A stretch of DNA of 64,000 bases, taken from Planctomycetota bacterium (GTDB lineage: Bacteria > Planctomycetota > PLA2 > JAEUHO01). Below are positions 8,739 to 18,111 of the stretch, one piece after another. The stretch's first letter is position 1. Every line of letters begins with the position of its first letter. Position numbers and translations under genes: made by a program. The stretch spans positions 230,055 through 294,054 of the forward strand of contig CBDCWP010000038.1 of NCBI GenBank assembly GCA_965223505.1, given 5' to 3'. The notes beneath the pieces are model-generated. The model was given only the letters and a program-made list of their open reading frames with translations, was not told the DNA's origin and ran no database searches.

Positions 8739-11700
8739 GTGCGCAGTCTCCTCCCCGCTGTCGTCCTCGTGCTCACGGCGCTCCCGCTCATCGGAAGCCC
8801 TCGGACCGCGTTCGCCGGCGACGCCCTGCAGCCGTTTCATCACACGATCAAGGCGAAGATCGATCCGGTGACGCATCGCATCGAGATCGTGGACGAGATC
8901 CGCATCCCCGATGACCGCCTCGGAACGCCGGGCGGCTTTCGCCTGCACGCGGGCCTCTCGGTCGACACCCTCTTCGGTTCCGACTTCAGGGTCGCGCCAA
9001 AGGACGGCGAACCGGAGGCGGGGGCGACCGGCAGCGGCGAAGAGGGAACGCAACACGCCCTACGCCTGAAGACGTGGCTGATGAGCCCGAAGGCACGGAC
9101 ACCGGCCGAGACCATGAAGCTGCGCCTGCGCGGGACGATCCACCATCCGCTGCAGACGGAGAGCGAAGAATACGCGCGCAGCTTCTCGCGCACGCCCGGC
9201 ACGATCAGCAAGGAGGGCGTGTTTCTCGGAGGCTCGTCGTGGTGGCTGCCGCGCTTCGGCGACGAGCTCGTCACCTACACCCTGGAGGTGACGCTGCCGG
9301 AGGGCTGGCGCTCCGTCAGCCAGGGCGCGCGCACGAGCTCGAAGACCGCCGACGGCAAGCACGTCGATACGTGGACGTGCAAGCATCCGATGGACGAGGT
9401 CTACCTCATCGCGAGCCGCTTCCACGAGTACAGCCGCTCCGCCGGCGGCGTGCTGGCGCAGGCGTTCCTGCGTTCGCCCGACGAGAACCTCGCGAACAAG
9501 TACCTCGAGGTCACTGCCCAGTACATCGAGATGTACCGCAAGCTCATCGGTCCGTACGCCTTCGAGAAGTTCGCGCTCATCGAGAACTTCTGGGAGACCG
9601 GATACGGCATGCCGTCGTTCACGTTGCTCGGTCCACGGGTGATCCGTTTTCCCTTCATCCTGCACTCGAGCTATCCACACGAGATCCTGCACAACTGGTG
9701 GGGCAACTCGGTCTATGTCGACTGGGATACCGGCAATTGGTGCGAGGGGCTGACGGCCTATCTCGCCGACCATCTCATCCGTGAAGGTCAGGGCCGCGGC
9801 GTCGAGTACCGGCAGGACACGCTCAAGAGCTATCGAAACTACGTCAAGGAGGGGAAGGACTTCCCGTTGACGAAGTTCCGCTCGCGCCACTCCTCGGCGA
9901 CGCAAGCGGTGGGCTACGGCAAGTGCCTCATGCTCTTCCACATGCTGCGGTCGCAGCTCGGCGACGACGTCTTCCAGCGCGGGCTGCAGCAGTTCTATCG
10001 CCAGAACAAGTGGCGCCGCGCTTCGTTCGGCGACATCCACGCGGTCTTCGAGGACGTCTCCGGCCGCGAGCTCGACCTGTTCTTCCTGCAGTGGGTGAAA
10101 CGCACGGGCGCGCCCGAGCTGACGCTGGGCGACGTCGTCGCGAAGGAGAACGCGATCGAGTTCGAGCTCCGGCAGGTGCAGGAGGGCGCCGCCTACCGCC
10201 TGCGGGTCCCCGTCGTGGTGACGATGGAAGCGGGAGCGCCGGCCAAGCGCGTCGTCGTCGACATGCTGGCGAAGAAGCAGGCCTTCACGATCGATGTCCC
10301 GCAACGACCGGTGCGCATCGATGTCGATCCGGAGTTCGACGTGTTCCGCCGGCTGCACCGCGCCGAGATCCCGCCCACGATGAGCCAGATGTTCGGCGCG
10401 GACAAGGTCACGCTCGTCGTGCCGGACGACGGCGATCCGGGCGCGGCGCGCTGGCGTGCGCTCACCGAGGCGTGGAGCCGCGGCGCCGACAAGGTCAGCG
10501 TGGTCAAGGCGGACGCGTTGAAGGCTCTGCCCCAGGACAGCGCGGTGTGGGTGTTGGGCGCCGGCAACCCTTGGTGCAGGGTGCTCGAGCCCGAGCTCGC
10601 GCGCCACGGCGCCGGTCTGACGGACGACAAAGCGGACTTCGGCCTGGTCGAGATCCCACGCGCGAACCACAGCTTCGTCTATGTCGTGCGGCACCCGGAG
10701 AACGCGGAGCTCGCCGTCGGGTGGATCGGATCGCCCGTCGCGGCGGCGGTCGTCGGCCTCGCGCGCAAGCTGCCGCACTACGGCAAGTACAGCTACCTCG
10801 GCTTCCAAGGCGAAGCGCCCGACAACGTCGCCAAGGGCCGCTGGCCGACGACCGGGTCGCCCTTGTCGCACCTCACGGACGCGAAGGCCGGTCCCGTTGC
10901 GCGCGGCAAGCTGCCGGCCCGCACCCCGCTTGCCCGGCTCGCGCCCGTATTCGATCCGAAGCGATTGATGGCGCACGTCGAGTGGCTCGCCGATCCGGCG
11001 CGCGAAGGACGCGGCGCGGGCACGAAGGGACTCGAAGACGCGGCGATGTACATCGAGGCCGCGATGAAGAAGGCGGGCCTGAAGCCGGGCGGGAACGACG
11101 GCACGTTCTTCCAGACGTTCGTGGCGCCGAACGGGCCCGAGGGGAAGCCGGTGTCGTTGCGCAACGTCGTCGGCGTCATCCCGGGCTCGAACCCGGAGAT
11201 GGCGAAGCAGTCCGTCGTCCTCGGCGCGCACTACGACCACCTCGGCCGCGGCTGGCCCGACAACCGCGCGGCGAAAAAGGGCGAGATCTACAACGGCGCC
11301 GACGACAACGCCTCCGGCGTCGCCGTGCTGCTCGAGCTCGCGCAGCTGCTCGGCAGGACGCACAAGCCCTCGCGCACCATGGTCTTCGTCGCGTTCACCG
11401 GGGAGGAGTGGGGCCTGAAGGGGTCCCGGCACTACGTCGAGACCATGAAGCGCTGGCCGGCGAGGCAGGCATTGGCCATGGTCAACATGGACACCGTCGG
11501 CCGTCTCGAGGGTAAGAAGGTGCAAGTGCTCGGGTCGAACACCGCGAGCGAGTGGCGGCACATCGCGATGGGCGTCGGGTTCACGACCGGCGTCGAGTCC
11601 GACTGCATCGCCGACGATCCCGGCGGCTCGGACCAGCAGAGCTTCGTACGCGTCGGCGTGCCGGCCGTGCAGATCTTCACGGGCGCGCACGCGGACTACC

Positions 11701-12128
11701 ACCGGCCGACGGACGACGTGGAGAAGATCGACGCGAACGGCCTCGTGAAGGTCGCGACGTTCGTACGCGAGACCCTCGTCTACCTGGGCGAGCGCCCGCA
11801 GCCGCTGACGTCGAACCTGAAGGCGGGGGGTGACGCGCCGCGTCCGCCGCGCAACGGCGGGGGCCGCCGCGTGAGCTTCGGCACCATGCCGGACTTCGCG
11901 TACCGCGGACCGGGCGTCAAGGTCGCGTCGGTGATCGAGGATTCACCGGCGGCGAAGGCCGGCATCCGGAAGGGCGACATCCTGCTCGGGATGGACGGAG
12001 AGGAGATGAAGGACCTGCGGTCCTTCTCGCAGATGCTCGGCCGTCACGAGCCTGGCGACGTCGTGAAGGTGCGCTTCCGCCGCGGGGACGAGGAGCAGAC
12101 CGTCGAAGCGACGCTCGTCGCGCGTTGA
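8739..12128 (+). CDS. Secreted fusion peptidase: M1 aminopeptidase + M28 peptidase + PDZ
   Basis: Signal peptide; HEILH...WCEG (HExxH-x18-E); GAHYDHLG, GADDNASG, FTGEEWG, SDQ, DYH; C-terminal PDZ (SPAAKAGIRKGD). Confidence 0.9.
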   Translation: MRSLLPAVVLVLTALPLIGSPRTAFAGDALQPFHHTIKAKIDPVTHRIEIVDEIRIPDDRLGTPGGFRLHAGLSVDTLFGSDFRVAPKDGEPEAGATGSGEEGTQHALRLKTWLMSPKARTPAETMKLRLRGTIHHPLQTESEEYARSFSRTPGTISKEGVFLGGSSWWLPRFGDELVTYTLEVTLPEGWRSVSQGARTSSKTADGKHVDTWTCKHPMDEVYLIASRFHEYSRSAGGVLAQAFLRSPDENLANKYLEVTAQYIEMYRKLIGPYAFEKFALIENFWETGYGMPSFTLLGPRVIRFPFILHSSYPHEILHNWWGNSVYVDWDTGNWCEGLTAYLADHLIREGQGRGVEYRQDTLKSYRNYVKEGKDFPLTKFRSRHSSATQAVGYGKCLMLFHMLRSQLGDDVFQRGLQQFYRQNKWRRASFGDIHAVFEDVSGRELDLFFLQWVKRTGAPELTLGDVVAKENAIEFELRQVQEGAAYRLRVPVVVTMEAGAPAKRVVVDMLAKKQAFTIDVPQRPVRIDVDPEFDVFRRLHRAEIPPTMSQMFGADKVTLVVPDDGDPGAARWRALTEAWSRGADKVSVVKADALKALPQDSAVWVLGAGNPWCRVLEPELARHGAGLTDDKADFGLVEIPRANHSFVYVVRHPENAELAVGWIGSPVAAAVVGLARKLPHYGKYSYLGFQGEAPDNVAKGRWPTTGSPLSHLTDAKAGPVARGKLPARTPLARLAPVFDPKRLMAHVEWLADPAREGRGAGTKGLEDAAMYIEAAMKKAGLKPGGNDGTFFQTFVAPNGPEGKPVSLRNVVGVIPGSNPEMAKQSVVLGAHYDHLGRGWPDNRAAKKGEIYNGADDNASGVAVLLELAQLLGRTHKPSRTMVFVAFTGEEWGLKGSRHYVETMKRWPARQALAMVNMDTVGRLEGKKVQVLGSNTASEWRHIAMGVGFTTGVESDCIADDPGGSDQQSFVRVGVPAVQIFTGAHADYHRPTDDVEKIDANGLVKVATFVRETLVYLGERPQPLTSNLKAGGDAPRPPRNGGGRRVSFGTMPDFAYRGPGVKVASVIEDSPAAKAGIRKGDILLGMDGEEMKDLRSFSQMLGRHEPGDVVKVRFRRGDEEQTVEATLVAR

Positions 12129-12140
12129 CGCTGCGCTGCG

Positions 12141-12785
12141 CTACCCGTCGATGGAGATCTGCCCGTTGAGGAACGGGTTGTGGATGCGCTCGGCGCCGAT
12201 CGTCGTGTCCTCGCCGTGGCCGGTGTACACGACGGTGTCGTCCGGCATGCCGAGGATCGTCTCGCGCAACGTCTTCGCGTAGACCGCGGCGTCGCCGCCG
12301 AGATCCGTCCGCCCCACCGAGAGCTTGAACAGGCTGTCCCCGAAGAATCCCTGGCCGTCGAAAAGGAACGTGACGCCGCCGGGCGTGTGACCGGGCGTGT
12401 GCACGACCTCGATCTCGCCGTCGCCGAAGGGAATGGACGAGACCTCGGCGAGGTCGATGTCCACGCGCGGGACGCGCAGGCCCTGCATGCCGAACATCAT
12501 CCCGTGCTGCGGGAGCTGCTGGAGTAGCTCGAAGTCACCTTGATGCAGCGCGAACGGAACGTCGAGCGCCTCCTTCACCTCGTACACCGCGCCCACGTGA
12601 TCGAGGTGCGCGTGCGTGCCCAGGATGTGCGTGATCGTCGCACCCGAGGCGTCGACGGCGGCGAGGATGCGCTCGGCTTCGTCGCCGGGGTCGATGATGA
12701 CGCCGTCGCCGCTCGCGCGATCCTTGACGATGCGGCAATTCTGCTGGAAAGGGCTCACGACGATGGTGGTGACGTCCAGGTCCAT
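12141..12785 (-). CDS. MBL-fold metallo-hydrolase (glyoxalase II/YcbL-like)
   Basis: THAHLDHVG, HTPGHTPG, GDSLF, SVGRTD, GHG motifs. Confidence 0.9.
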   Translation of the reverse strand: MDLDVTTIVVSPFQQNCRIVKDRASGDGVIIDPGDEAERILAAVDASGATITHILGTHAHLDHVGAVYEVKEALDVPFALHQGDFELLQQLPQHGMMFGMQGLRVPRVDIDLAEVSSIPFGDGEIEVVHTPGHTPGGVTFLFDGQGFFGDSLFKLSVGRTDLGGDAAVYAKTLRETILGMPDDTVVYTGHGEDTTIGAERIHNPFLNGQISIDG

Positions 12786-12879
12786 GGCGCGCATCTTCTC
12801 CCGCTCCGCAGGCCGACACGAGAAAGGAACACCCGGGGATCTGCGACCGCCGTGCCGCACCGGGACCTACAATTGAGGA

Positions 12880-13983
12880 ATGAGCATCCTCGCCCCCCGC
12901 CGCAAGACCCGCAGCGTCCGCGTGGGCGACCTGGAATTGGGCTCGGAGCACCCGATTCGGGTCCAGACGATGACCAAGGGCGATACCGCGGACGTGCATG
13001 CCACGTTCGACGAGATCATCGGTCTCGAGGCGACCGGCTGCGAGCTTGTCCGCGTGAGCGTGCCGAGCATGGCGCAGGCCGAGGCGCTCGGCGAGATCAA
13101 GAAGATGATCTCCATCCCCCTCGTCGCGGACATCCACTTTTCGGCGCCTCTGGCGCTGGAGGCCATCGCGCAGGGCGTGGACAAGGTGCGGATCAACCCG
13201 GGCAACATCGGTCGGCGGGACGAGGTCGAGAAGGTCGTGCGGGCCGCGAAGGACAAGGGCGTCGCGATGCGGATCGGCGTCAACTCCGGGTCGATTCGCG
13301 AGCGCAAGGGGCTGTCGGTCATCGAGAGCGACGAGGACCTGATCGAGCTGAGCGTGCGCGAGGCGCTGTACCACGTCGAGATCCTCGAAAGCCTGGACTT
13401 CTACGACACCGTCATCTCGATCAAGGCGCACACGATTCCGCTCACGGTCGAGGCGAACCGCCGTCTCGCGAAGGCGTGCGACTATCCGATCCACCTCGGC
13501 GTGACGCACGCGGGCAGCTTGCTGCCGGCGACGGTGAAGTCGTCGGCCGCGATGGGCCTGCTGTTGACCGAGGGGATCGGCGACACGATCCGGCTGTCGA
13601 TCACGGGCGACAACCGCGACGAGGTCAAGGTCGGTCACATGCTGCTCGAGCATCTGGGGTTGCGCGAGCCGACGTTCGACGTCTACGCGTGTCCGTCCTG
13701 TGGTCGCGCGGAGGTGGACCTGATCGGATTGACGAAGCAGGTCGAGGAGATCACGAAGGACCTGACGTATCCGTGCCGCGTCGCGGTGATGGGCTGCATC
13801 GTGAACGGACCCGGGGAAGCGGCGGATGCGGACGTGTCGATCTCCGCCGGGCGCGGATTCGGGTTCATCTACCGTGGTTCGCAGATGATCAAGAAGGTGC
13901 AGGAGGCGGATCTGGTGCGGGAGCTGCGCGCCGAGATCGACGCCTGGATTGCGGAGAAGCAGGCGGAGGAGGCCGCCGTTTGA
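12880..13983 (+). CDS. ispG: (E)-4-hydroxy-3-methylbut-2-enyl-diphosphate synthase
   Basis: PLVADIHF, RINPGNIG, RIGVNSGS, GIGDTIRLS, CPSCGR, AVMGCIVNGPGE. Confidence 0.97.
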   Translation: MSILAPRRKTRSVRVGDLELGSEHPIRVQTMTKGDTADVHATFDEIIGLEATGCELVRVSVPSMAQAEALGEIKKMISIPLVADIHFSAPLALEAIAQGVDKVRINPGNIGRRDEVEKVVRAAKDKGVAMRIGVNSGSIRERKGLSVIESDEDLIELSVREALYHVEILESLDFYDTVISIKAHTIPLTVEANRRLAKACDYPIHLGVTHAGSLLPATVKSSAAMGLLLTEGIGDTIRLSITGDNRDEVKVGHMLLEHLGLREPTFDVYACPSCGRAEVDLIGLTKQVEEITKDLTYPCRVAVMGCIVNGPGEAADADVSISAGRGFGFIYRGSQMIKKVQEADLVRELRAEIDAWIAEKQAEEAAV

Positions 13984-14008
13984 CGGCGAGCCTCGTCCGC
14001 ATGCTTCT

Positions 14009-14035
14009 GTAGGGGCGGGGCAACCGGGTTCGCCG
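14009..14035 (+). repeat. Degenerate GTAG-type REP-like element
   Basis: GTAGGGGCGGGGCAACCGGGTTCGCCG just after the ispG stop; shares the GTAGGGGC head with the REPs at 29504-29572. Confidence 0.4.
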
Positions 14036-14135
14036 TGTGCGCGTCGTCGTTCGCGGGCCGGAAACCAACGTTCGTATGGTCGTTTTCCGGTCCGCTGGGA
14101 GCCAATCGTACGGGTGTGACCGCTACAGTGGGCGC

Positions 14136-14537
14136 ATGGAGTTCCAACGGACGTTCTCCGGCGCGCCGTGGGAATCGAAAGTCGGATACTGCCGCGCGCT
14201 GCGTGCCGGCAATCACGTCTTCGTGACGGGGACCGCGCCCGTGGCCGACGACGGCTCGACGTTCGCCCCCGGCGATGCCTACGCCCAGGCCAAGCGGTGT
14301 TTCGAGATCGTCGAGCGTTCGATCGCTCCGCTGGGCGCGACGATGAAGGAGGTCGTGCGCACCCGCATGTTCGTCACCGACATCTCGCAGTGGGAGGCCT
14401 TCGGCCGCGCGCACGTCGAGGTATTCGCCGACCATCCCCCCTGCACGACGATGGTCGAGGTGAACGCCCTCATCGATCCGGACATGCTCGTCGAGATCGA
14501 GGTCGACGCGATCATCGGTGACGAGCCGTCGTCATGA
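14136..14537 (+). CDS. RidA/YjgF family protein
   Basis: WESKVGYCRA, VFVTGTAP, VVRTRMFVTDI, LVEIEVDA. Confidence 0.9.
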   Translation: MEFQRTFSGAPWESKVGYCRALRAGNHVFVTGTAPVADDGSTFAPGDAYAQAKRCFEIVERSIAPLGATMKEVVRTRMFVTDISQWEAFGRAHVEVFADHPPCTTMVEVNALIDPDMLVEIEVDAIIGDEPSS

Positions 14538-15022
14538 CGAGTCGAGGGCTGGGCACCTGGGCGCTGCAGCTGTGGGCGCTCTACTCGCTGGTCGCGTACG
14601 CCGCATCGCTCGCGTTGACGTCGACGCACTACGACCGCGCCTTCGACCACCTGTCCCGAACGTACGTCAACCGGGGGATGCTCGAGGGGGTCATCGTCGT
14701 CGTCGCGTCTGCCGCGTTGCTGTGGAAGGCACGATCGCTGGTTCGCCTTTTCGTCCCACCGCGCGACGACGCCGTCAGCAGCGGCGGGGTGTTCGACACG
14801 GCGCTCGTGTGCACCGGCGTCACGATCTTCGTCATCACGATGGGACGACTGGCCGGCCTGCTGGTGTTTCCCGTCGGCGAATGGGTCCAGCGGGAATTCC
14901 TGGAAAGCGGCGCGGAGCTGCGCTGGGACCTCGGAGCCGTGCTCGCGGCGCTTCTGGCGATCGTGACACCACGACTCATCGCCGTGATGAAGCTGCAGCG
15001 TGAATCGGGAGCAGCGCAATGA
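14534..15022 (+). CDS. Hypothetical membrane protein
   Basis: About 4 hydrophobic segments; ATGA overlap with the RidA gene. Confidence 0.65.
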   Translation: MTSRGLGTWALQLWALYSLVAYAASLALTSTHYDRAFDHLSRTYVNRGMLEGVIVVVASAALLWKARSLVRLFVPPRDDAVSSGGVFDTALVCTGVTIFVITMGRLAGLLVFPVGEWVQREFLESGAELRWDLGAVLAALLAIVTPRLIAVMKLQRESGAAQ

Positions 15023-15948
15023 CGCCGCGCGCGTACATGGCCGCCGGGGTGCGACTGCTGGGTGGCGATGCCCTCTCGCTGGCGGTGATCTACCTGACGT
15101 ACTCCATTCCCCTCCTCTTCTTCGGGCTCGTCTGGGACCTCGATGACATGCTGCTCTACTTCGGTTGGCCGTTGCTGACGGCCGTGTTGGGTGTCCTGCT
15201 CCTACGACAGTCGCAGTGGATCGCAGCTGTGGCCGGCCGTGGCGACGACCCTGAGCAGCCGCTGACGCACGGCGCCCTGCGCACGCTCGTCTTCGACCTC
15301 GTCGGCTGCTACGCGGCAATCAAGGCGTTGCACCACGTCGCCCTCGTCTTCATGACGGATCAGCCCGCCGGGCTCGAGCTCACGAGGCCCTACCTCATCG
15401 CGGGATACGCGCTGGTCGCCGTCGGTCTGCTGTTCGGCCCCCTCCGGACGCTGCGCGCAGTACGGGGGCTGAAGGTCGGCCCCCGGCACTTTAGCACGTC
15501 TCCCCTCGAAGCCCGGGAGCTCGAGGACATCGGCCGCCGCGCACTGAGCGCCTGGTTCGCGCTGGCCGCGTTGACGAGCGCGATCAAGTGGGTTTCGACC
15601 ACCCCCTGGCGACTCGAGGGTACCGACTTGTCGACGCTTGCGTCGATTGTTGCGACGGCCGTCGTCGCTTGGCTGTTCGCGCGCGCGGGTCGGCTGCCCG
15701 GACGCCTTCGACTCCCGACGACGCAGCTCGCATTCGAGACGGTCGCGGTCACCGTGCTGGTCGTGATCGTTCCCGACGTCGCGGCGTTCGCCCAGGGCCT
15801 TCGAATCGGGTTCATCATCCAGCTCGGGACGCCCACCGCGACACCGATCACGCTGGCGCTGATGATCGTCCTCTCGTTCGGCGCGCTCTATTGGGCGCAT
15901 CGACTGCGCACCCGCGGCCACCCGACGCTCGGAACGGTGTTCGAGTAG
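15019..15948 (+). CDS. Hypothetical polytopic membrane protein
   Basis: About 8 hydrophobic segments; ATGA overlap with the upstream gene. Confidence 0.65.
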   Translation: MTPRAYMAAGVRLLGGDALSLAVIYLTYSIPLLFFGLVWDLDDMLLYFGWPLLTAVLGVLLLRQSQWIAAVAGRGDDPEQPLTHGALRTLVFDLVGCYAAIKALHHVALVFMTDQPAGLELTRPYLIAGYALVAVGLLFGPLRTLRAVRGLKVGPRHFSTSPLEARELEDIGRRALSAWFALAALTSAIKWVSTTPWRLEGTDLSTLASIVATAVVAWLFARAGRLPGRLRLPTTQLAFETVAVTVLVVIVPDVAAFAQGLRIGFIIQLGTPTATPITLALMIVLSFGALYWAHRLRTRGHPTLGTVFE

Positions 15949-16111
15949 CCGGCGCGGCGTGCCGTCGGGAACACGGCGACGCCCCGACACGTATCTTCCC
16001 CGTGACAGGCGCCGCCCCAGCGATGCGCCCGCGACGCGCCGACCGCGGCTCGCGCCCCCATCGATGCGCGGATCTTGGGTAGCATCCGATTCGGTGCCGG
16101 AGGGTTGTGCC

Positions 16112-18103
16112 ATGCGTCGGTTCGGTTGGGTGTTGGTGGTGCTCGTCGCGTTGGGCGGGCCGGTGCAGGCGGAGGACGAGACGCCGAAGTACGAAGGCCG
16201 CGACGCTGCGGCCTGGGCCGAAGACCTCGACGCGGCCGATCTCGACCGACGGCGCAAAGCGGTGTTCGCGCTCTGGAACCTCGACGAGGCGGCGAAGACG
16301 GCGGTGCCGCAGCTCGCCGAGGCGATCGGTGACGACGACGACTACGTCGCGAGCACGGCGGCGAAGGTCCTCACCAAGTTCCAATGGATGAAGGCGCCGG
16401 GGGTGCTCGCGCCGGTCATGCCGACGCTGGCCAAGGCGCTCGAAGACGAACGCGCGCAAGTGCGCACCGACGCGGCGCAGCTGCTCTGGTATGCCGGACC
16501 GCCGCTGGACGACGCCACGGCCGTCTTGCTGACGGCGTTGCGCAAGGCGCTCAAGGACACCAGTCCGTTCGTACGCGCCAACGCCGCGGCCGCGCTCGGC
16601 AACTTCTGGCGCCGGGCCGAGGAGGCGCTGGACGACCTGAAGCCGCTCATGCGCGACGAGAGCCGGGACGTGCGCATCTGGGCCGTGCAGTCCGTCGGAG
16701 CGATCAACGCGAAGGCCGCGCTCCCCGAGCTGATGGCGTCGCTGAAGGACAACGAGCCGAAGGTGCGCGCGGCTGCCGCGGGCGCGCTCGGGGGACTGCC
16801 GCCGCCCCATCCCGAGGACGTCGTCGACGCGCTGCTCGATCGAGCGGAGAAGGACACCGACCCGCTGGTTCGCGTCACCGCCGTCAACGCCATCTGGGGC
16901 ATGCTCCCGGGTCGCGAGACGGTCCCGCGACTGCTGAAGCTCCTCGAGAGCAACGACACCGGCGTGCGCACGGCCGCCGCCGGCGCGCTGGGCGCCATCG
17001 GGGATCCGAGCTCGTTCGACGCGCTGCGCGAGCGCTTCCGCAACGACGACGACACCGGCGTTCGGGCGGGCGCCGCCATGGCGTTGGGACTCCTGGGCCC
17101 GGAAGCGGAGCCGATCGTCCCCGAGCTCGTCCGGGCGCTGAACGACACCGAGCCGTCGGTTCGGAGCGCCGCGGCGAACGCGCTGTCGTGGCTCCCGCTC
17201 TACGCGGCGCCGGCCGTGCCGATCCTCATCGAAGCGCTCGACAGCAGCGACGCGGGGCTGCGCACGATGGCGGCATCCACGCTGCGCCAGTTCGCGGTCA
17301 ACGGCGGGTTGCGCCGACACGAGAAGGCGCCGTTCGTCAAGGCGCTCGGCAGCGACGACGCCGAGGTGCGAACGGCGGGGGGCGACGTCCTCCTGTCCGT
17401 CGGCGCGAACGATCCGGTCACGGTCGAGGCGTTCATCGCGGCCTACCGGAAGCACGACGACTACCGAACGAAGAACACGTGCCTGCGCGCGTTCATGCAG
17501 CTGCGCACGAACGCCGCCGCGGCGACCGCGCTGCTGAAGGGCGCGCTGCCGAACGAGCAACAGATGCCCGCGCACGTCGCGGCGGCGCTGGCCTGTGTCG
17601 CGACCGACGAGAAGGACGTCGAGATCGGGGTGCAAACGCTGATCGACCTGCTGGCGGACGAGAGCTACCGGCTCACGGCGCTGTGGTCCCTGGGACAGGT
17701 CGGGCCGCGTGCGAAACGCGCCGAGATGGTGCTGCAGGTCTGGATGAAGAACGATTCGCGCGCGTTCTCCATCAACGCCGCGGGATCGCTGTCGAAGATC
17801 CAGCAGCCGGCGTCCAAAGCGGTCCTCGACGCGTTGATCTCCGATACGAAGAACCCGGGGCCCGCGACGGCGCTCAACTACCTCGCCGACCTCGGCGACG
17901 GGGCGAAGCCCGCCGTTCCGCGGATGATCGAGCTGGCCGGCAGCGCGGATTCCGGAACGCGAGCCGCCGCCGTCGACGCCCTTCGCCGTCTGGGCGTGCG
18001 CTCGCCGGCGGCGATTGCCGCGATACGCAAGGCACGCAACGACGACAAGGCGTGGGTGCGCATGCGCGCCGCCCTCGCGCTCCGGGAGCTCGGCTTGAAG
18101 TAG
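16112..18103 (+). CDS. Secreted HEAT-repeat protein
   Basis: GGAGG SD; signal peptide MRRFGWVLVVLVALGGPVQA; many L-x-D-x4-VR-x2-AA-x-AL repeats. Confidence 0.88.
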   Translation: MRRFGWVLVVLVALGGPVQAEDETPKYEGRDAAAWAEDLDAADLDRRRKAVFALWNLDEAAKTAVPQLAEAIGDDDDYVASTAAKVLTKFQWMKAPGVLAPVMPTLAKALEDERAQVRTDAAQLLWYAGPPLDDATAVLLTALRKALKDTSPFVRANAAAALGNFWRRAEEALDDLKPLMRDESRDVRIWAVQSVGAINAKAALPELMASLKDNEPKVRAAAAGALGGLPPPHPEDVVDALLDRAEKDTDPLVRVTAVNAIWGMLPGRETVPRLLKLLESNDTGVRTAAAGALGAIGDPSSFDALRERFRNDDDTGVRAGAAMALGLLGPEAEPIVPELVRALNDTEPSVRSAAANALSWLPLYAAPAVPILIEALDSSDAGLRTMAASTLRQFAVNGGLRRHEKAPFVKALGSDDAEVRTAGGDVLLSVGANDPVTVEAFIAAYRKHDDYRTKNTCLRAFMQLRTNAAAATALLKGALPNEQQMPAHVAAALACVATDEKDVEIGVQTLIDLLADESYRLTALWSLGQVGPRAKRAEMVLQVWMKNDSRAFSINAAGSLSKIQQPASKAVLDALISDTKNPGPATALNYLADLGDGAKPAVPRMIELAGSADSGTRAAAVDALRRLGVRSPAAIAAIRKARNDDKAWVRMRAALALRELGLK

Positions 18104-18111
18104 CGTCCGCC

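Noticed and set aside
14060..14084. ECF-like promoter GGAAAC-N15-CGTT before the RidA gene
   Set aside because: Spacer is short and the site is better explained as a hairpin (CCGGAAA...TTTCCGG)
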